A stretch of 64,000 nt of DNA from Bacteroidia bacterium. GTDB lineage: Bacteria; Bacteroidota; Bacteroidia; NS11-12g; UBA9320. The stretch is taken from positions 4,013-68,012 of the forward strand of contig JAEPQQ010000009.1 of NCBI GenBank assembly GCA_017640445.1, written 5' to 3'. The stretch's first letter is position 1. Every line of letters starts with the position of its first letter. Below, piece after piece: positions 1 to 9,813 of this stretch. The notes beneath the pieces were generated by a model. It made no database searches and was not told the DNA's origin. It was given only the letters and a program-made list of their open reading frames with translations. Position numbers and translations under genes: made by a program.

Positions 1-858
1 GCAGTTGTGTCTGAGATAGATGGTGTAGTTAGCTACGGTGGTATCAAACGGGGTAACCGAGAGATTATCATCGAATCGAAAGAAGGAGTTAAGAAAAAAT
101 ATCTGGTTTCATTGTCAAAGCACATCCTTGTTCAGGATAACGACTTTGTGAAAGCAGGTACTCCACTTTCTGATGGTTCTATTACACCTAAAGACATCCT
201 GGCAATTGAAGGACCAAGCGCTGTACATCAATACATTGTAAATGGTATCCAGGAAGTTTACCGTTTGCAAGGTGTGAAGATCAACGATAAGCACATTGAG
301 GTGATTGTTCGCCAAATGATGCAGAAAGTAACAATTGTTGATCCGGGAGATACGAAGTTCCTTGAAGGTGAGGGTGTAGGTAAACACGACTTCAAAGAGC
401 AGAACAACTGGATTTATGATAAGAAAGTTGTAACCGAAGCTGGAGACTCTAACGAGCTTAAGCCAGGTCAGATCGTAAGCTTGAGAAAGTTACGTGATGT
501 GAACTCGGTATTGAAGCGTAAAGACCTGAAAGTAGCAGAAGTACGGGATGCTGTTCCTGCAACTTCGGAGCCACTTTTGATGGGTATTACCAAAGCATCG
601 TTAGGTACACAAAGCTTTATGTCTGCTGCGTCATTCCAGGAAACTACCAAGGTGTTGAACGAAGCAGCTATTGCTGGTAAGGTCGACTTCCTGACAGGAT
701 TGAAGGAAAACGTAATTGTTGGACACGCAATTCCTGCTGGTACAGGCTTGAGAGACTACGAAGACATCATTGTAGGTTCTCAGGAGGAATACGATTTGTT
801 GATGAGCTCGAAAGAGGAAGAATCACAAACCGTAGGTGAAGTAGGCGCTGTGAGCTAA
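1..858 (+). CDS. rpoC: DNA-directed RNA polymerase subunit beta-prime, C-terminal fragment (5-prime end lies upstream of the window)
   Basis: Frame is open from base 1. The translation ([29 protein letters not shown] ... [54 protein letters not shown]) matches the conserved C-terminal blocks of beta-prime. A hairpin terminator follows. Confidence 0.93.
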   Translation, partial: AVVSEIDGVVSYGGIKRGNREIIIESKEGVKKKYLVSLSKHILVQDNDFVKAGTPLSDGSITPKDILAIEGPSAVHQYIVNGIQEVYRLQGVKINDKHIEVIVRQMMQKVTIVDPGDTKFLEGEGVGKHDFKEQNNWIYDKKVVTEAGDSNELKPGQIVSLRKLRDVNSVLKRKDLKVAEVRDAVPATSEPLLMGITKASLGTQSFMSAASFQETTKVLNEAAIAGKVDFLTGLKENVIVGHAIPAGTGLRDYEDIIVGSQEEYDLLMSSKEEESQTVGEVGAVS

Positions 859-883
859 AATTTATTTTATATTTCATATCGAT

Positions 884-910
884 AATGCCCCTTAATTGGG
901 GCATTTTTGT
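884..910 (+). terminator. Rho-independent terminator after rpoC
   Basis: aatgcccc-ttaatt-ggggcatt stem-loop followed by tttgt. It overlaps the ORF-track start at 896, which argues against that start. Confidence 0.7.
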
Positions 911-928
911 TTACAAAAAATTTCAACT

Positions 929-1249
929 ATGGACGAGTTACAAGAGAATAAGAACCAGAATCAGATAGATATTGAGTTAAGTGAAGAGGTAGCAGATGGT
1001 GTTTACTCCAATCTGGCCATTATCTCACATTCAAACTCCGAGTTTATCGTAGACTTTATACGAATGATGCCCGGAACGCCAAAAGCACGGGTAAAGCAAC
1101 GTATTATCCTGTCGCCGCAGCATGCAAAACGACTAATGTTTGCGCTTGGAGAAAACATCAGCAAGTACGAAGACAGCTTTGGAGAAATTGAGTCGCACGA
1201 ACAAGTGCCCAACTTTCCAATGAACTTTGGCCCCGCCGGAGAAGCGTAG
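929..1249 (+). CDS. DUF3467 domain-containing protein
   Basis: Translation MDELQENKNQNQIDIELSEEVADGVYSNLAIISHSNSEFIVDFIRMMPG... The small protein directly downstream of rpoC is a conserved Bacteroidota arrangement. ATG at 929 chosen because 896 lies inside the rpoC terminator. Confidence 0.75.
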   Translation: MDELQENKNQNQIDIELSEEVADGVYSNLAIISHSNSEFIVDFIRMMPGTPKARVKQRIILSPQHAKRLMFALGENISKYEDSFGEIESHEQVPNFPMNFGPAGEA

Positions 1250-1297
1250 CACTAGTTTAATACGGTTTGTTTAGTTTTGAGAAAACAGTAAACTCAT

Positions 1298-1897
1298 ATG
1301 GATTTAACGAAATTAATTATGGCACAATTGGGCGAAGGCGGGATAGACGCCATGGCTCAAAAAATAGGAGCGGATCCGAAACAAACTTCATCAGCATTAG
1401 AGGGTGTTGTTCCAACCTTGCTTGGAGCAATGTCGAATAACGCAAAAAGCAATGAAGGAGCATCAGGTCTGTTAGGTGCATTAGACAGGGACCACGATGG
1501 AAGTATTTTGGACGATGTAACGGGTTTCATTGGAAACAGCGATAACGGTCCGGGTGCCGGCATTCTGAAACACGTGCTCGGCGATAATAAGTCGGCAGTA
1601 GAAAGTGGCCTTAGCCAAAAGACCGGATTGAATTCCGGACAAATAGGAAACATGCTTACAATGGTTGCTCCGCTTATTATGGGGTATCTGGGTAAACAAA
1701 AAAGAGAAGATAGTGGTGGAGGTTTTGACTTGGGTGGAATTGCAGGTATGCTAGGCAATCTGGCATCCACATCTGATAAAAGTACTGGACTCGATTTGGG
1801 TGATGTGCTGAGTGTGGTGGGTGGACTAACCGGCGGAAACTCAAAAGGAGGAAGTGCTGGAATAGGAGGCCTGTTAGGAAAACTATTCGGCAGATAG
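1298..1897 (+). CDS. DUF937 domain-containing protein (Gly-rich)
   Basis: N-terminus LIMAQLGEGGIDAMAQKIGADPKQTSSALEGVVPTLLGAMSNNAKS and a Gly-rich C-terminus are typical of DUF937. Call is by recall, not search. Confidence 0.65.
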   Translation: MDLTKLIMAQLGEGGIDAMAQKIGADPKQTSSALEGVVPTLLGAMSNNAKSNEGASGLLGALDRDHDGSILDDVTGFIGNSDNGPGAGILKHVLGDNKSAVESGLSQKTGLNSGQIGNMLTMVAPLIMGYLGKQKREDSGGGFDLGGIAGMLGNLASTSDKSTGLDLGDVLSVVGGLTGGNSKGGSAGIGGLLGKLFGR

Positions 1898-1918
1898 AGA
1901 TGCTGACACTAATATGAC

Positions 1919-1950
1919 AAAAGGGGCTGCAGCCCCTTTTGCTGTTTTTA
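1919..1950 (+). terminator. Rho-independent terminator
   Basis: aaaagggg-ctgcag-cccctttt perfect stem followed by gctgttttta. Confidence 0.7.
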
Positions 1951-2060
1951 GACTAATGGTTGAAAGATATCCATAAGGTATACCAAGACTTTAACAGGAA
2001 ACGTTCTGTGAGAAGTTTTGTACCTTGTAGGCAGGTTTTAACGTAGCAAAGTTTCAGCGT

Positions 2061-3665
2061 ATGATTACATCCACCCAAAAAACAGCTCGGACACAGTCAG
2101 GCATTAGCCCTTACTCAGGAAACTGGGGTCCGACCGAGGTTATCCATCTGTTGAGAAGGACGCTGTTTGGCGCCACAAAGGCAGACATTGATTATTACTC
2201 AGGAAAGTCGATGTCGGATGCAGTTGACGAAATTTTATCCCCATCAGGTTTTACTCCGTCACCACCTGTAAACAATTACAACAATGGTCGTATTACGGAT
2301 CCCGACATTGCCTTGGGCAAAACCTGGGTAAACGGTCCGTACAATGCTGCACTCAACGGTGCTCGACGGAACTCCCTTCGCGCATGGTGGGTAGGCCAGA
2401 TGGTTCATCAGGAAAAAACCATTCGGGAAAAGTTAACCCTGTTCTGGCATAATCACTTTCCTACTGAGTTAACGGCAATCGGTGATCCGATTTATGGCTA
2501 TAACTACCAGCAGTTGTTACGTGAAAACTGCTTAGGAGACTTCAAGAAACTGGTCAAGTTGATCACACTCGACCCAGCCATGCTGATTTATCTCAACGGA
2601 AGTTCCAACACAAAGAATGCCCCTGATGAAAACTATTCTCGCGAGCTGCAGGAGTTGTTCACTCTTGGTAAGGGTGAAGATTCGGAATACACCGAATCAG
2701 ACGTTCAGGAAGCAGCACGTGTGTTAACAGGCTGGAGGATTAACCGTACGAATTACACTTCTTATTTCAACCCGAACCTGCACGATACAGGAGACAAAAC
2801 GTTTTCAACCTTCTTTGGTAACAAGGTGATCAAAGGGCAAACCGGTGCCAATGGTGCTGATGAGTTAGATGAGCTTCTGGACATGATCTTCAACGAAGAA
2901 GAAGTAGCGAAGTTTATTTGTCGTCGACTGTACATGTGGTTTGTCTACTACGAGATTGATGCAACTACTGAAACCAATGTAATTGAACCGTTGGCTGATG
3001 TGTTCAGAAATAATAATTACCAGATAAAACCAGTTTTGGAGACTCTGTTTAAAAGCGAACATTTTTTTGATGTGGCCAATCAGGGTTGTTTGATTAAGAG
3101 TCCAACCGATTTTACAGTCGGACTTATGCGTCAATTTGGAGTGGAATATCCCGACGACACTGACGTGGCTGACCAATACTACTTTTGGAGGCTTACGTCT
3201 GATATCTGCGCATTACAACAGCAAAATGTGGGTGAACCACCCAACGTGGCCGGCTGGCCGGCATATTATCAGGCACCCCAGTTTCACGAGATATGGATCA
3301 ACTCAGATACGTTGCCAAAGCGAAACCAGATAAGCGACATAATGATTGCAGTTGGAGTTGTTAGAAACGGCAAGAAGATTGTAATCGATCCGATCAAGGT
3401 GGCGGAGATGTTTGACACTCCTGATAACGCCTCGGCTCTGGTAGATGATCTGCTTGGTTATTTGCACACATTGGCCGTTAGTGCTGATCAAAAGGAACAT
3501 ATGCGATCGTTCTTATTGTCTGGTCAAGCAGCGTCCTACTGGGAGAAAGCCTGGAACGATTATCAGGCCGACCCAACGAACGCAACACTCAAAGCAACCG
3601 TTAATTTAAGGCTTCAGGGCCTGTTGAAATACATCATGAACCTGGGAGAATATCAATTGTCGTAA
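2061..3665 (+). CDS. DUF1800 domain-containing protein
   Basis: 534 aa with LTLFWHNHF, LIYLNG and ENYSRELQELFTLG blocks characteristic of DUF1800. No N-terminal hydrophobic signal. Sits 15 nt upstream of a DUF1501 gene, the classic pairing. Confidence 0.8.
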   Translation: MITSTQKTARTQSGISPYSGNWGPTEVIHLLRRTLFGATKADIDYYSGKSMSDAVDEILSPSGFTPSPPVNNYNNGRITDPDIALGKTWVNGPYNAALNGARRNSLRAWWVGQMVHQEKTIREKLTLFWHNHFPTELTAIGDPIYGYNYQQLLRENCLGDFKKLVKLITLDPAMLIYLNGSSNTKNAPDENYSRELQELFTLGKGEDSEYTESDVQEAARVLTGWRINRTNYTSYFNPNLHDTGDKTFSTFFGNKVIKGQTGANGADELDELLDMIFNEEEVAKFICRRLYMWFVYYEIDATTETNVIEPLADVFRNNNYQIKPVLETLFKSEHFFDVANQGCLIKSPTDFTVGLMRQFGVEYPDDTDVADQYYFWRLTSDICALQQQNVGEPPNVAGWPAYYQAPQFHEIWINSDTLPKRNQISDIMIAVGVVRNGKKIVIDPIKVAEMFDTPDNASALVDDLLGYLHTLAVSADQKEHMRSFLLSGQAASYWEKAWNDYQADPTNATLKATVNLRLQGLLKYIMNLGEYQLS

Positions 3666-3680
3666 ATAAAGAATGGAAAA

Positions 3681-5276
3681 ATGAAAAGAAGAGATTTTTT
3701 AAGAACAACAGTTCCATTCGCCACACTTCCGGTTTTGATGAATGGACTTCCGATTACCGCACTGGGTAATCCGGAAATGATGAAAAGACTAAGCAAAGCC
3801 TTCGTAAACACCGACCACGTATTGGTACTGGTGCAAATGAATGGTGGAAACGATGGGTTGAATACGGTTATTCCAACCGATCAATATTCCAACCTTACCA
3901 AGGCCCGGTCAAACATCATGATTCCTTTAACCAAGGTGTTGGTAATGGATGGTGTAGACGGCACAGGCCTGCATCCATCCATGACGCATATGCGATCGAT
4001 GTTCAACGATGAAAAGCTGTCGGTTGTTCAGGGTGTAGGGTATCCCAACCCAAACTTCTCACATTTTAGAAGCACCGATATCTGGAACACGGCATCTGAT
4101 ACCGATGAACACTGGACATCGGGATGGGTTGGTCGCTATCTAGGGCATGAATTTCCTAACTATCCCATGGGCTTTCCGAATACCGATATGCCAGATCCAC
4201 TTGCCCTGCAAATTGGATCCGTGGTTTCAACTGTATGTCAGGGCGTGAGCGCCAACATGGGAATGGCCATCAGCGACCCCGATGCCTACTACCAATTGCT
4301 TACAGGCAACTATACCCCAACTCCTTCAACCAAAGCTGGAAAAGAACTTGACTACATACGCCAGGTGGCTGAGCAAAGCAATGCATACGGACAGGCAGTA
4401 AAAACAGCTGGAGAGAAAGGTGCTAATAAGAGTAGTAAGTACCCAACAACAGGCGATAATCGATTGGCCGACCAATTGAAGATTGTAGCTCAATTAATAT
4501 CAGGTGGCTTAAAAACCAGAATCTATGTAGTAAACATCAATGGTTTTGATACGCACGCCAACCAGGTTCCACAAACCGGTGGTACAGAAACAGGAGTGCA
4601 CGCCAACCTGCTTGCTCAATTGAGCGAAGCCATCGATGCGTTTCAGGATGACATCGAACAACTTGGTCTTCAGGACCGTGTATTGGGTATGACGTATTCC
4701 GAGTTCGGAAGAAGAATAAAGTCGAACTTCAGTATGGGAACCGACCACGGCGCTGCGGCTCCTTTGTTCCTGTTTGGCACCAATGTTAAACCGGGAATAT
4801 TGGGTAAGAACCCAACCATTGCCGATTCGGTTGCTGTGAATGACAACCTACCCATGCAGTACGACTTCCGTTCGGTATACGCCAGCGTATTAAAGGATTG
4901 GTTCTGTTTGGAAGACAGTGAAGTGGATTCGGTGATGTTAAAGACGCACCAGCAATTGCCGTTGTTAAAAGATTCGTGCAACACCAGTTCAACCCAACGG
5001 GCGGAACTTCGTAAATCGGGTGAAGCATACGTAATGAACTATCCAAACCCGTTCAGTGCGTATACTACCATCAGGTATGAGTCAAATGGTGGACATATTT
5101 TAATTCAAGTATTCAACTCAAATGCTCAGGTTATTGAAACACTTGTAGATTCAGAAATGCCTGCCGGCGAACACGAAGTTGTCTTTCATGCAGCAAATCT
5201 GGCGGCTGGTACGTATTATTACCGTTATCAAAACGGCAGTATCCAGCAAACCAAGCCAATGATTCTTGCACGGTAA
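3681..5276 (+). CDS. DUF1501 domain-containing protein (sulfatase/alkaline-phosphatase-like) with a Tat signal and a T9SS type A C-terminal sorting domain
   Basis: N-terminus MKRRDFLRTTVPFATLPV is a twin-arginine motif. Core blocks NGGNDGLNTVIP, GFDTHANQ and GTDHGAAAP are DUF1501-like. C-terminus NYPNPFSAYTTIRYESNGGHILIQVFNSNAQVIETLVD...GTYYYRY is a Por/T9SS CTD. Confidence 0.8.
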   Translation: MKRRDFLRTTVPFATLPVLMNGLPITALGNPEMMKRLSKAFVNTDHVLVLVQMNGGNDGLNTVIPTDQYSNLTKARSNIMIPLTKVLVMDGVDGTGLHPSMTHMRSMFNDEKLSVVQGVGYPNPNFSHFRSTDIWNTASDTDEHWTSGWVGRYLGHEFPNYPMGFPNTDMPDPLALQIGSVVSTVCQGVSANMGMAISDPDAYYQLLTGNYTPTPSTKAGKELDYIRQVAEQSNAYGQAVKTAGEKGANKSSKYPTTGDNRLADQLKIVAQLISGGLKTRIYVVNINGFDTHANQVPQTGGTETGVHANLLAQLSEAIDAFQDDIEQLGLQDRVLGMTYSEFGRRIKSNFSMGTDHGAAAPLFLFGTNVKPGILGKNPTIADSVAVNDNLPMQYDFRSVYASVLKDWFCLEDSEVDSVMLKTHQQLPLLKDSCNTSSTQRAELRKSGEAYVMNYPNPFSAYTTIRYESNGGHILIQVFNSNAQVIETLVDSEMPAGEHEVVFHAANLAAGTYYYRYQNGSIQQTKPMILAR

Positions 5277-5343
5277 TCGTTTACCAAACATTGAGGTACG
5301 GTATTTGTTGGTAGAATTGACGATTTGAATTACTTCTAGCACA

Positions 5344-6537
5344 ATGACAAAAACGATGGTAAACGCCGGAAGGGTCTTCCTGGCCATTATGTTTATTTTT
5401 TCGGCGATCAGTAAACTGATTTCCCTTCCTTTTTTCGATGCAATCGTAGCAGAACTCTTCCTGGGAAGCAATTACTACGATCACCCTCAAGGACTTTTTT
5501 ATACCCAGATTTTTACCCGAATCGTGATAAGCGGGGAGTTGGTGCTTGGTATTGCCATGTTACAACATCGGTGGTTTAAAAGCCTGGCTTTGCCCGGGGT
5601 TGTCGCTATGTTACTGCTGTTTACGGGCCACCTTATTTACGAGGGTCTTACCAGCGACAAAGGCTTTATTGAAGGCAACTGTGGGTGCTTCGGTGATGTG
5701 TTACCTATGAACAATCTCGAAAGCATCATCAAAAACGTAGTAGCATTAGTCGTTGGCCTCTTTGTTTGGATGAAGTATAAAACAGAACACACCATTGCTT
5801 CCTGGGTGGCCCCGCTACTCACCGGAGTCGTTGTTTTGTTAACCTTGTTTTTAACGGTCAAAAAATATGAGGAAACTCCTTCGTCTTCCAACAACGGGCA
5901 GCCAATGGAAACCGTAATCGATACAGTAGCAGAGCCGGTTATGGAAATAATAGATTCCATTCCAAATAACGACGAAATCGCACCCGATAAGGATGATGAA
6001 GTAGTGGAAACAACCACTGCGCCCATTGATCAACCGGAAAAATTAGCACCTGACCAGATTACGCTTAAAAACCTGAAAGCACTGGGTACGTTCTCCAATG
6101 GCAAACAGCTCGAGGTAGGAAAAGGCGAACACCTGATATGTTTGTTTAGTATGACCTGTGGACACTGCCAGGAGTCGTATAAGGAAATGTGTGAGATGAG
6201 CCAATATGCTACTTTGCCGGCCATACATCTGATTAATTTTGGGAAAGAATTTGAGCAGAACTACTTCTTTAATCAGGCCGGAAATTGTTCTCACCCTTAT
6301 TTCAGAACAGAAGACTATACCCAGTTTAACCGATTACTCGAAGGCAAAGGCTTTCCGCGAATTATCGCCGTTAAAGACGGAAGAATTGTTAACGAATGGA
6401 ACATCGATACTTACAACAAGGAAGTGTTTATGAAGTTCTACGACATTAAGGAAAAAGAGGAAGACAACAACGGGCTTAACCTTAAGAAATCAGACGACTC
6501 ATTCGACGACGAGTTTAGCGACGACCCCTGGAAGTAA
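5344..6537 (+). CDS. MauE/DoxX-type membrane domain fused to a thioredoxin-fold domain (CGHC)
   Basis: N-terminal 4-TM region with a GNCGCFG motif, an acidic linker, then a TlpA/thioredoxin-like domain with CLFSMTCGHCQ. Confidence 0.6.
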   Translation: MTKTMVNAGRVFLAIMFIFSAISKLISLPFFDAIVAELFLGSNYYDHPQGLFYTQIFTRIVISGELVLGIAMLQHRWFKSLALPGVVAMLLLFTGHLIYEGLTSDKGFIEGNCGCFGDVLPMNNLESIIKNVVALVVGLFVWMKYKTEHTIASWVAPLLTGVVVLLTLFLTVKKYEETPSSSNNGQPMETVIDTVAEPVMEIIDSIPNNDEIAPDKDDEVVETTTAPIDQPEKLAPDQITLKNLKALGTFSNGKQLEVGKGEHLICLFSMTCGHCQESYKEMCEMSQYATLPAIHLINFGKEFEQNYFFNQAGNCSHPYFRTEDYTQFNRLLEGKGFPRIIAVKDGRIVNEWNIDTYNKEVFMKFYDIKEKEEDNNGLNLKKSDDSFDDEFSDDPWK

Positions 6538-6574
6538 ATAAGATTCATTACATTCGGTTTCTAAAACTGAAATT

Positions 6575-6802
6575 ATGAGTCGCATTTTCTGGATTCGTCT
6601 GTTTATTATTTTACTGATTCTATGTTTTATCGGACCAATTCTGGTCATGCTCTGGGAGTATTTAGACGTTACTTCTCAAAGGTATCACGATAACCTTCCG
6701 ACTGTACAGGGTCACCCAAAAGTTATTTCCGGTTTGGTTATAGGGCTCGCTATTTTGGCGTATACCTATGTTCAAACCTTTCAATGGGACTCTAAAGCAT
6801 AA
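6575..6802 (+). CDS. small hypothetical membrane protein
   Basis: 75-aa ORF with two hydrophobic segments, tightly packed between neighbouring genes. No recognisable family. Confidence 0.4.
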   Translation: MSRIFWIRLFIILLILCFIGPILVMLWEYLDVTSQRYHDNLPTVQGHPKVISGLVIGLAILAYTYVQTFQWDSKA

Positions 6803-6807
6803 ACCGA

Positions 6808-7482
6808 ATGAGAAAGCTTGGTAAAATAATTCTGATCGTTGTTGGGCTATTTATTGTCGCCGCCATTGTAATGGGTAGGATGGCCGAGAAGGCTGATGGC
6901 CCAAGGCAATCATTTCAGTTTCTAAATACAAGTGAGGCTGTAAAGTCGGTTACGTTTGAGATGATTAATGACGATGGTACAATGAGTAACACGTGGTACG
7001 CCAATGAGGAAGTAGGGCCTGGCGACGATGTAATCAAGCGACTACCTCCCGGTAATTACCTCATAAAGGTTTGGGATGACCAGGAAAGCCTCTACGACAC
7101 ATGCTGGTTTGCGTTTCAACTTCCAGACGCTGAAAAGTCGAATCATCATCTCATGCGATTCGACCTTGCCATGAACAAGACATTTGCAGTGGCCTACCTG
7201 AACGCCGTGTATAGTGGAAATAGCTTCGCCGAGCATATGTCGGAGGCCGTAGGAACCAATGCCGAAACGCTCAGGCTTGAAGAAACCTACGATGGAACAT
7301 TGCCTTTTATGGTAGAAGATAAGTATACACGAAGAACCTGGGTTGGCCTTGGGGAAAAACTACCCGGCAAAATCAAGTACGGTGAAGTGGTATATGGTTT
7401 GTTTGCCTTTCCCGGTGATACGCCACCGGACCAACTGTCAAAAGCCCTTTACGATGAAGTGGCAAAACTTGAAATCAACTAA
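6808..7482 (+). CDS. hypothetical protein with N-terminal signal anchor
   Basis: 224-aa ORF starting MRKLGKIILIVVGLFIVAAIVMG. No recognised family. Confidence 0.5.
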   Translation: MRKLGKIILIVVGLFIVAAIVMGRMAEKADGPRQSFQFLNTSEAVKSVTFEMINDDGTMSNTWYANEEVGPGDDVIKRLPPGNYLIKVWDDQESLYDTCWFAFQLPDAEKSNHHLMRFDLAMNKTFAVAYLNAVYSGNSFAEHMSEAVGTNAETLRLEETYDGTLPFMVEDKYTRRTWVGLGEKLPGKIKYGEVVYGLFAFPGDTPPDQLSKALYDEVAKLEIN

Positions 7483-7836
7483 TTACATACCAAGAGCCAA
7501 TGCATCTTTAACCAATTGCGTTATGGCATCCGATGGAACCTGATTCTCTTCAGTGAGTTTAATGGTTCTTGCTTTGGCCCCTGTACCTTGCAGAATTTCC
7601 GAGGGATCAGGAAGCGTGGCACCTTCCATAAACAACAGGGTTACGTGAGCTTTGGCCACGCGGTAACCACAAATATTGCGTTCGTTGTAAAACGCAATAC
7701 TTCCCCATTTGATGTCTTCTTTTACCTGTGCGCCTGCAGCCAATACAGCTTCTCTTGAGGCGAGTACCAGGCTTTGTTGTAACGGGCTTAAGCCGTTTAC
7801 ATATTCTTGTACTTTTGGATTCGAAAAAGGTGTCAT
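7483..7836 (-). CDS. DUF1801 (YdhG-like) domain-containing protein
   Basis: The pattern KEDIKWGSIAFYNERNICGYRVAKAHVTLLFMEG is typical of DUF1801. Confidence 0.6.
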   Translation of the reverse strand: MTPFSNPKVQEYVNGLSPLQQSLVLASREAVLAAGAQVKEDIKWGSIAFYNERNICGYRVAKAHVTLLFMEGATLPDPSEILQGTGAKARTIKLTEENQVPSDAITQLVKDALALGM

Positions 7837-7837
7837 G

Positions 7838-8233
7838 TTATTTTTTGAAGAGATAGATTTTCATTAGAACAAATCCCATGATGGCGCCAATAACCATGTG
7901 GGCGAGTGTGTTAAGAAAAAAAATGGAATTAAAGTCGACCGTCCAGATACTTCGAACCACCATACCAGAGGGTAAGAACATCAGTGCAGCCATCAGTGTG
8001 CCGTAGATCAAGCTGCGCCCGGTGCCAGGTGAGGAAGAGTAATAAGAAGGGAAAAAATGAACAAATAACCCTGCAAACACAAGATGGTTAAGCATTAACC
8101 CAAGGTAGTTCATCTCTTCCCTCCGAAATGCCACAAAATTTGCGTCATCCATTATGCTGTACCAGAGCGTGGCCAGTATATTGCTGATCAGGAAGCTTAC
8201 CAGCACAGCGACAATCGTCTTTTTAGTATTCAT
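7838..8233 (-). CDS. hypothetical integral membrane protein
   Basis: About 4 TM segments. Start moved to the internal ATG (MNTKKTIVAVLV...) because the longer ORF would nearly abut the divergent AraC gene. Confidence 0.5.
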   Translation of the reverse strand: MNTKKTIVAVLVSFLISNILATLWYSIMDDANFVAFRREEMNYLGLMLNHLVFAGLFVHFFPSYYSSSPGTGRSLIYGTLMAALMFLPSGMVVRSIWTVDFNSIFFLNTLAHMVIGAIMGFVLMKIYLFKK

Positions 8234-8292
8234 GGTGGCAAATTTCTCAGCCCAATAGATAAATAAATTGACAAAATGCGCCATATTGCGAT

Positions 8293-9294
8293 ATGTACTT
8301 TTCAGCGCTTATTCTCGATGACCTGATTCGCTTTGTAATTAACTCGGGTATGGATAAAAGTGAAGCGAAAACGGCGTTCTCTTCATTTGAGGTGGAACAA
8401 GGTTTAATCTCGTACGAGGCTATGTCAAAGGCCTTCTTAAAGGCTTATGCGCTTACCGGTGATGAGTTAATTGGCCTGCACCTGGGAGAACAGATCGTGC
8501 TAAAGGTTAAAGAGCAGGTAGACGCCATCATGAAGTCGGGTAAACATCTGAAAGAAGCGTTTGAAGATGCGGTGACTTACAGCCGGATGATAAGTGATGC
8601 CCTGGAGGGGCGTATCAATGAGAACCAAACCACTCTAACATTATCTTTTGGTGTGAACCCGGAGTGGGCTCTTCAGGATGCATTTGCAACGAAACAGATT
8701 ACCGATGTAACCTTAGTTTGTGCCAATAAATCGATCTATATGATAACGGGTAAAACACATAGACCCAATAGTGTTCAGTTTAACTATCCGCCTCCGGGCA
8801 ACGTAAAAGAGTATTATCGCATCTTCGATTGCTCCATTCAATTCAATCACGAACGACCTTCAATTCAGTTTTCCTCAGAAATTTTTAACCGAACCTCTAC
8901 CCATGCCAACCCAAGTCTGTTAAACCGACTGAAAAACGAGGCGGATATCCAATTAGAGAAGATAACCAGGCAAACTTCGTTGGAAGACAAGGTAAAGCGT
9001 ATGATTCTGGAACAGTTGCCTGAACGATGCTCGATGGAGGAAGCAGCGAAGGCCGTCAACATGTCAACCAGAACGTTCCAACGTGAACTGCAGCGCCTGG
9101 GAACCGGATTTAAAGAAATAGAGAAGAATGTTTTGCTTAAAATGGCCAAAAACTTATTAAATCAGGATACCAGCCTGGCCGAAGCTAGTTACCTTTTAGG
9201 CTTTTCGGAGTTAAGTGCATTTATTCGCTTTTTTAAGCTTGGGGCAGATACCACACCCGGTAAGTTTAAACGTAAGCTTCAATCAGCGAACTAG
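8293..9294 (+). CDS. AraC family transcriptional regulator
   Basis: C-terminal double HTH (SMEEAAKAVNMSTRTFQRELQRLGTGF ... ASYLLGFSELSAFIRFFK). N-terminal domain resembles AraC-type ligand-binding domains. Confidence 0.75.
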   Translation: MYFSALILDDLIRFVINSGMDKSEAKTAFSSFEVEQGLISYEAMSKAFLKAYALTGDELIGLHLGEQIVLKVKEQVDAIMKSGKHLKEAFEDAVTYSRMISDALEGRINENQTTLTLSFGVNPEWALQDAFATKQITDVTLVCANKSIYMITGKTHRPNSVQFNYPPPGNVKEYYRIFDCSIQFNHERPSIQFSSEIFNRTSTHANPSLLNRLKNEADIQLEKITRQTSLEDKVKRMILEQLPERCSMEEAAKAVNMSTRTFQRELQRLGTGFKEIEKNVLLKMAKNLLNQDTSLAEASYLLGFSELSAFIRFFKLGADTTPGKFKRKLQSAN

Positions 9295-9331
9295 CGCCGT
9301 TAAGGTTGACCTATTTGAAGAACATTAGAAT

Positions 9332-9805
9332 ATGAAGGATTTCAAAAAATATCTCAATCGGTTAATGATCATCCACGGAACCTTGTTTGTTGGGCAGATC
9401 ATTTTTGCTGTTGTCCTGTACTTGCAAAGTACCAAAAGTGGTTTGGTGGTAGAAGGCTTTTTGGAATCCAATTTCGAATTGGTCGTAGCGGTTGTTTTGG
9501 TGGGCTCACTTATAGCCAGTTTTGTCATCTCGAATCAACGTTTGCGAGTGGCCAGGAATCTTAGCAATCTGCAAGACAAACTCAGATCGTATCAGAGTAC
9601 CATGATCATCAAATGGGCCTTAATGGAGGCCGCGTCTCTATGGGCCTTGATTGCGTTTTTTCTTACAAACCGGATGCTTTTTCTGGGATTTAGTATCCTG
9701 GTGATCGCAACATTTGGTCTTGTTCGACCAACAAAGCGACGTTTGTACACCGAGTTGCATCTTAGCCAGTCAGATCGTGATTTGCTATCGAACTATAAAC
9801 CTTAG
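9332..9805 (+). CDS. hypothetical membrane protein
   Basis: 157-aa ORF with about 4 hydrophobic helices. No family recognised. Confidence 0.5.
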   Translation: MKDFKKYLNRLMIIHGTLFVGQIIFAVVLYLQSTKSGLVVEGFLESNFELVVAVVLVGSLIASFVISNQRLRVARNLSNLQDKLRSYQSTMIIKWALMEAASLWALIAFFLTNRMLFLGFSILVIATFGLVRPTKRRLYTELHLSQSDRDLLSNYKP

Positions 9806-9813
9806 ACCAACCA

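Noticed and set aside
5151-5490. Minus-strand ORFs (106 and 69 aa) across the DUF1501 3-prime end and the next gene's start.
   Set aside because: They are antisense to two well-supported plus-strand genes and have no motifs.
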